From an uncultured Nitrospiraceae bacterium (GTDB lineage Bacteria > Nitrospirota > Thermodesulfovibrionia > Thermodesulfovibrionales > SM23-35), in assembly GCA_963727775.1 (NCBI GenBank), contig CAVSHB010000001.1:1056001-1120000 (forward strand): a DNA stretch of 64,000 nucleotides, in the 5' to 3' direction. The translations under genes were made by a program, and so were the position numbers. Positions 59,314 to 64,000 of the stretch are shown in pieces (within the stretch, counting starts at the first letter, position 1; each line of letters begins with the position of its first letter). The notes beneath the pieces are model-generated. The model saw nothing but the letters and a program-made list of their open reading frames with translations, was not told the origin of the DNA and ran no database searches.

Positions 59314-60963
59314 CCCACATAATTCATAAATTTTTGGCACATGAGATTTTTGGTGGCTTTTTGAGTCAAGTGAAGACAATAGAAGACCAATACGGAGCAG
59401 TTTTATAGACGAGTCACGATCTGATCCCGTAAAATCAGACGGAGAAGGGCTTCGTGGCAGTTTTTAAGCGCACTTCACCATTGAGGACATTTCCTGTTGA
59501 AGTTTTTCCGTAAGAAAATGTTCAGGTCGTATCAGCAGCAAGCCGATGATATACTAATGCAAAGATTTTCTTCCAGGGATAGCCACTGGCTAAGCGAAAC
59601 CATACCCGTCGGGCTGTCTGGATTACCTGGGCTCCAATCTTCAGAAGCCTCAGCCTTAACTGCTGTATCTGCATTGAGGCAAATTCTGTTTTCTGAAGAG
59701 CTTCCCTGAGCCTCAGAACAAGCCAGTACGCCGCCATATGCAGGAAGAGTCTGAACTGGTTGGCAACAAAGCGATGACAACTCAACCGGTCTGCCTTGAG
59801 CCCATTTTTAAACTCGTCAATCCGTACCTCACAGGTACCGCCACGCTCGGTGTAAAACTCATAGAGTTCTTTTGGTTCATAGGAGAGGTTGGTTACGACA
59901 AAACGACGGTTAGGTCCCTGTATCAGCCATTCAGCCTTCATGATAACCCGTCGCTCTTTCGGCCAACTCTGCGCCTGATATAATCCCTCTGTAAACATCC
60001 TCTGTTTTTGTCCTGTTTCCGTATACTGCTTATGCGCTTTCTTGAGAATGGCTTCGATCATCCGCTCAAGCACATCATTACGGATCAGACCGATCATATA
60101 TTTGAGACCCTCTTCTTCACAGTATTCATATAACTCTGGTACTGCAAATCCAGCATCGCCACGGACGATGATCTCTGTTTTTGGAAACGCCTCCTTAAGT
60201 TTCGGAATGATCCGCTTGAGGATCGACACCGCTCCATAACTGGCATGCCGGTTACCAGCTCTGAGGGCCGCTGTTATCAGTTGCCCTGTGTCAGCATCGT
60301 AGATTACAAGCGGATGGTACATGTATTGGTCATAGTAGCCATGAAAGAACGTCAACTGCTGATTGCCGTATGTCGGATCGTCCGTCCCATCAAGGTCCAG
60401 AATAATCCTTTTTGGCTTTCTCTTCCGGTTCCGACGAATGTAAAGATTAATAAAATATTCTCCTATCCTGTATAGATCGTTCCGGGTGATTGCGTTTTCC
60501 AAGCGTGACAAGGTGGGCTGTGAGCCAAGATCTTCATCGCTCAACTTCCGTCCACAGGCTGTCTTCAGTGCTGGATCTTTTCTTACTATGTTTGCATCGT
60601 TACAGTCCTCATACCCAGCAACGATTTGATATGTCCGCTGACGTAACAGTGTCTCCAGATTGTGATCGGTGTAACGGTTGTCTCTTCGGTCTGTAATACA
60701 TCCTGCCATCCCTGTTATCAACCGCAAAGCATTGTCTGCTTGCCTCACCAGCAACAAGCCCGAATCAGAGGTTATCTCCCCTCCCTTAAAATCTACCGTT
60801 ATTTTTTGCTTCCGTATGAATGAAAAGGTGAGCTGTTTTGTGATACACTCTGTCATATAGCCAACCATCCTTTCTTTGGTTTTGAGCTCTCGTAAACTCA
60901 ATAATACCAAAGGTCTTAGGATTGTTGGCTATTTTTTTAGGCAGAATTTATGAATAATCTGGG
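59314..60963 (-). mobile_element. IS1380-family insertion sequence
   Basis: Terminal IRs CCCACATAATTCATAAATT and (reverse complement) CCCAGATTATTCATAAATT; flanks CTAG / CTAA. Confidence 0.88.
59522..60856 (-). CDS. IS1380 DDE transposase
   Basis: DFKGGEITSDSG, SQPTLSRLE, LDLDGT, VRGDAGF, RGGTCE..I.EFK. Confidence 0.93.
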   Translation of the reverse strand: MTECITKQLTFSFIRKQKITVDFKGGEITSDSGLLLVRQADNALRLITGMAGCITDRRDNRYTDHNLETLLRQRTYQIVAGYEDCNDANIVRKDPALKTACGRKLSDEDLGSQPTLSRLENAITRNDLYRIGEYFINLYIRRNRKRKPKRIILDLDGTDDPTYGNQQLTFFHGYYDQYMYHPLVIYDADTGQLITAALRAGNRHASYGAVSILKRIIPKLKEAFPKTEIIVRGDAGFAVPELYEYCEEEGLKYMIGLIRNDVLERMIEAILKKAHKQYTETGQKQRMFTEGLYQAQSWPKERRVIMKAEWLIQGPNRRFVVTNLSYEPKELYEFYTERGGTCEVRIDEFKNGLKADRLSCHRFVANQFRLFLHMAAYWLVLRLREALQKTEFASMQIQQLRLRLLKIGAQVIQTARRVWFRLASGYPWKKIFALVYHRLAADTT

Positions 60964-61124
60964 CTAAATGTCAGGGCATTGAATCCGAGGAGAAACACTT
61001 GTTTCAGGGCGTAATGTTGTGGGACAATATTATCGTGCCGGGTTGTTTGTAACACCTACTAATGTTGTATATGACGGAATCTTAAAGGGTAACGATTACT
61101 GGTTATATTGTGCATTTTATTAAT

Positions 61125-63350
61125 TCACTTAAGTTCTTCTCTTACAGCTTTCTCAAGAAAGTCCTCAAGGGCCGCAATACATGTTCTATCACGATAAATG
61201 AGATGCTTATTTTCTGCAATCTTATCTGATAAATGTTTTCGTAATTCTGCATCTTTTCCAAGCCGTACTGCCATCTCAATATATTCATCCAACGTCTTAG
61301 CAATAGTCTCTGTCATTCCCATCATGGTAAGAATTGCTGCACTATGTCGTCCACGCATTAGCTTCCCATGGATAGTCACTACGGGAAGATTGCAGGCAAT
61401 GGCTTCAAGGGTTGTATTGCCGCCTGACCAGCCAATACTGTCAAGATAGATATCAACAAGACAATTCATTGCGTGATACTGCCCTGTGTCAAGATACGGT
61501 AGAAATATAACATAGCTGTCAGCGTTCATATTAAATCTGTCAAATGCACTTTTGATCCGCAATCGAAACTGTTCCGTTATAAACGTGCTAGGATTGGAAA
61601 TAAACAGCAACTGACAATCATCAAGTCTCTGGGCTATTTGAGGATAGATTTCGTCATGCTGTGGCAAATACTTGTGAAGAGACTGACAGCAGAAATAAAG
61701 GATTGATTGGGGTCGAATATTGAACATATCACGACTTATCGCTACCTCTGGAGCATCTATCGGTGTGTAATAGATGGATAAGTTCGGCAACCGAATGAGT
61801 TTTTCACTGTAGTGCTCATCAGCATCAGGTGGCTCCATCAGGTCACTGCTCAGATAATAGTCAATAGTGGGGAGCCCGGACGTATCAGGATGCCCCCAGG
61901 AAAGACACTGCACAGGTGCCAATTTCAATGCTGCAAGCCTTACTGTTGTTGGGTCCATGCCGATTTCAGGATAGATGAGGACGTGAAGATAGGCTTTCCG
62001 AATGATTCGGCACAGTTCTTCAAACGAATAGATGTCCTCTACAAATCTTGTGAAACAATGTCTAGCGTCTTTGGTATCTTGATCCTTTGTTCTTCCAGTA
62101 TGATAGCCAAAAAAAACAAACCTTCCTTTATCAACGTTCTCAACCCATCCTCTAAAGAGTTTCCAGACGGAATGTTTATGAAAATACCCTGAAACTATTC
62201 CAACTCTTATTGGCTCTCCTGAATCATAGCGAGGCATCGTGGGAAGTAAAGCAAATTCTGGGTATTTTAAAGCCATAATCCTACATACAAACCTACCGTA
62301 AATCTGTTGTAGTTCTTTGTCGTTAAACTCCTGGCAAGCGAGAAGAAAAGGCTGATGACTACCAATTGCTTCACACGCATATTGAATATCTTGTTCACTT
62401 TCAAGTGAGACTGTATCACACAGCTTTATTAGATCATTAGAATACTGTTTGCGTATGATTTGAATGCTTAGCTGATCTTTATAGATAATCGGCAAGTGCG
62501 AAATGCATCGAGCCCATCTTGCTAAGAAATAACTAGGTTCCAGAGTGAGTGCCTTGTTGTATGCTGCAATGGCTTCATCGATTTTACTCTGTTGCTTTAG
62601 GGCATTGCCCAAATTGTAATATACATTTATAAGCTTTGGATTTAATTCCAGAGCTTTCTCATAATAAGTGATTGCCTCATCGAATTTCTTTTTTGCCCCG
62701 AAGGCATTGCCCATATTATTATAGGCATCAATGAGATTAGGATTGAGTTGTAGCGCTTTTTGACAATAGCGGATAGAGTCATCAATCTGTCCTTTTTCAT
62801 ACAAGACAAATCCAAGATTATTATAGGTGTTTGCAAGGTTTGGATTAATATGTAAGGCTTTCTGATAGTAGGTTATAGCTTCATTAATTTGTCCTTTTTC
62901 CTGATAAACTATCCCAAGGTTATTATATGCCTCCGCAAAGTTTGAATTAAGCTGAAGGGCTTTGCGATAAGCCGTTATTGCCTCCTCCAACTGTTTTCCA
63001 TCTTTAAAAACATTGCCAAGATTAAAATATGTATAAGACAAATTGGGATTAATATTTATTGCTTTTTGATAATATGTGATAGCCTCATTAAGCTTTCCCT
63101 TGGCTTGAAGGGCAAGCCCCATATTATTATATGCATCAGGATCATTTGAATTTAACTCCAGTTCTCTCTTGATATAACATATTGCTAAGTCATGATTCCC
63201 AAGTCGATAGTAGATTATCCCAAGAAAATGTAAGGCAGCCACACTTCCTGGATGTTTTTTCAATATTTTCTTATAAAGATGTTCTGCATGTTGTAGATTC
63301 CCTGATTGATAATGCTGCAGGGCTAATTGAATTACATTACTAATGTTCAT
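61125..63350 (-). CDS. TPR protein with GT41 (OGT/SPINDLY-like) glycosyltransferase domain
   Basis: About 8 TPRs; HSV, RLA..LAPVQ..WGHP.TSG, SGGNTTLEA. Confidence 0.9.
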   Translation of the reverse strand: MNISNVIQLALQHYQSGNLQHAEHLYKKILKKHPGSVAALHFLGIIYYRLGNHDLAICYIKRELELNSNDPDAYNNMGLALQAKGKLNEAITYYQKAININPNLSYTYFNLGNVFKDGKQLEEAITAYRKALQLNSNFAEAYNNLGIVYQEKGQINEAITYYQKALHINPNLANTYNNLGFVLYEKGQIDDSIRYCQKALQLNPNLIDAYNNMGNAFGAKKKFDEAITYYEKALELNPKLINVYYNLGNALKQQSKIDEAIAAYNKALTLEPSYFLARWARCISHLPIIYKDQLSIQIIRKQYSNDLIKLCDTVSLESEQDIQYACEAIGSHQPFLLACQEFNDKELQQIYGRFVCRIMALKYPEFALLPTMPRYDSGEPIRVGIVSGYFHKHSVWKLFRGWVENVDKGRFVFFGYHTGRTKDQDTKDARHCFTRFVEDIYSFEELCRIIRKAYLHVLIYPEIGMDPTTVRLAALKLAPVQCLSWGHPDTSGLPTIDYYLSSDLMEPPDADEHYSEKLIRLPNLSIYYTPIDAPEVAISRDMFNIRPQSILYFCCQSLHKYLPQHDEIYPQIAQRLDDCQLLFISNPSTFITEQFRLRIKSAFDRFNMNADSYVIFLPYLDTGQYHAMNCLVDIYLDSIGWSGGNTTLEAIACNLPVVTIHGKLMRGRHSAAILTMMGMTETIAKTLDEYIEMAVRLGKDAELRKHLSDKIAENKHLIYRDRTCIAALEDFLEKAVREELK

Positions 63351-63465
63351 TGTTTATATTGCAACAAATGTTCATTGCATGTAGAAATAAATAATATATT
63401 AGCAGAATTACTTAGTGCGGAGTACAGGAAGCAATGTTGCAGTCCCACCGACCCTTATTTGCACC

Positions 63466-64000
63466 TTATTTCTTGGTCTTCTTGTCAGAAGAACATTTCT
63501 GCAATATTTTGATGACCTCTGATCTTCCTTTTCTTTGAGCCTCTGACAAAGCAGTATTACCTTCCTTGTCTTTTTGCTTTATGTCCACGCCAAGTCGACA
63601 AAGAAGTTCTACGACTTCAGGACTGCCATGTATAGATGCCCACATCAGAACCGTTCGGTTATAATTGTCCCTCGCATTAATATTTGCCTTATGATCTATT
63701 AAGATTTTAACTATCTCAGGATAAGCCGTTGCACTCATTAAGGCAGTATTTTCCCCACATGTTGAATAATCGGGATTAGCGCCAAAATCCAATAACAATT
63801 TCACCAGCTTCACATAGCCATTGGCAGATGCTGTTGTTAAATATTCACCGTTAGGATTTTGTCCGAGTTCTAAAAAAAGCTTTGCAACATCATAATTATT
63901 GGAAACAACTGCTAATTCCAACGGAGTTGTGCCAAACTCATTTTTTACATTAATATCTGCACCTTCATTAAGTAACTTTTTTACCTCTTCTACGCTGCCT
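63466..64000 (-). CDS. Ankyrin repeat protein (partial, open at right edge)
   Basis: GADIN...GTTPL, TALMSA, TVLMWA, GNTAL repeats; frame stays open to the window end. Confidence 0.9.
   Translation of the reverse strand, partial: GSVEEVKKLLNEGADINVKNEFGTTPLELAVVSNNYDVAKLFLELGQNPNGEYLTTASANGYVKLVKLLLDFGANPDYSTCGENTALMSATAYPEIVKILIDHKANINARDNYNRTVLMWASIHGSPEVVELLCRLGVDIKQKDKEGNTALSEAQRKGRSEVIKILQKCSSDKKTKK

Noticed and set aside
62530..63330. Approximately 102-bp periodic DNA similarity
   Set aside because: Explained by TPR coding repeats.

Overview
Bacterial chromosomal window of moderate GC. The gene set suggests an anaerobic Nitrospirota/Desulfobacterota-like organism (inference only). (1) About 1-25.2 kb looks like an integrated element open at the left edge. 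It carries a DUF932-type phage/plasmid gene, an XRE regulator, a resolvase/RHH pair, HU, a PLD nuclease, an SRAP + LexA/UmuD-PolY-UvrD mutagenesis cassette, PAS/GAF kinases and two terminase-small-subunit-like genes. No TerL or capsid gene is visible, and the region ends at a tRNA 3'-end fragment. Several cargo genes are preceded by an unexplained fixed-spacing motif, TTGTACT-N36-CAGGAAG. An IS110 in this region has a readable bridge-RNA guide that matches its own flank over 9 nt. (2) tRNA-Leu(TAG) is followed by a 9.4 kb integrase-less island closed by a degenerate copy of the tRNA 3' half. (3) Core genes follow: tgt, glnA-GATase-glnE, PII, an MshEN/HEAT/HD-GYP module, der, leuC, a two-subunit biotin carboxylase, uup and engB. 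They are interrupted by a REP-flanked DUF559 stub, a toxin-antitoxin/attC cluster without integrase, and an IS1380. No CRISPR array or rRNA was seen. All family calls are by motif recognition, not database search.
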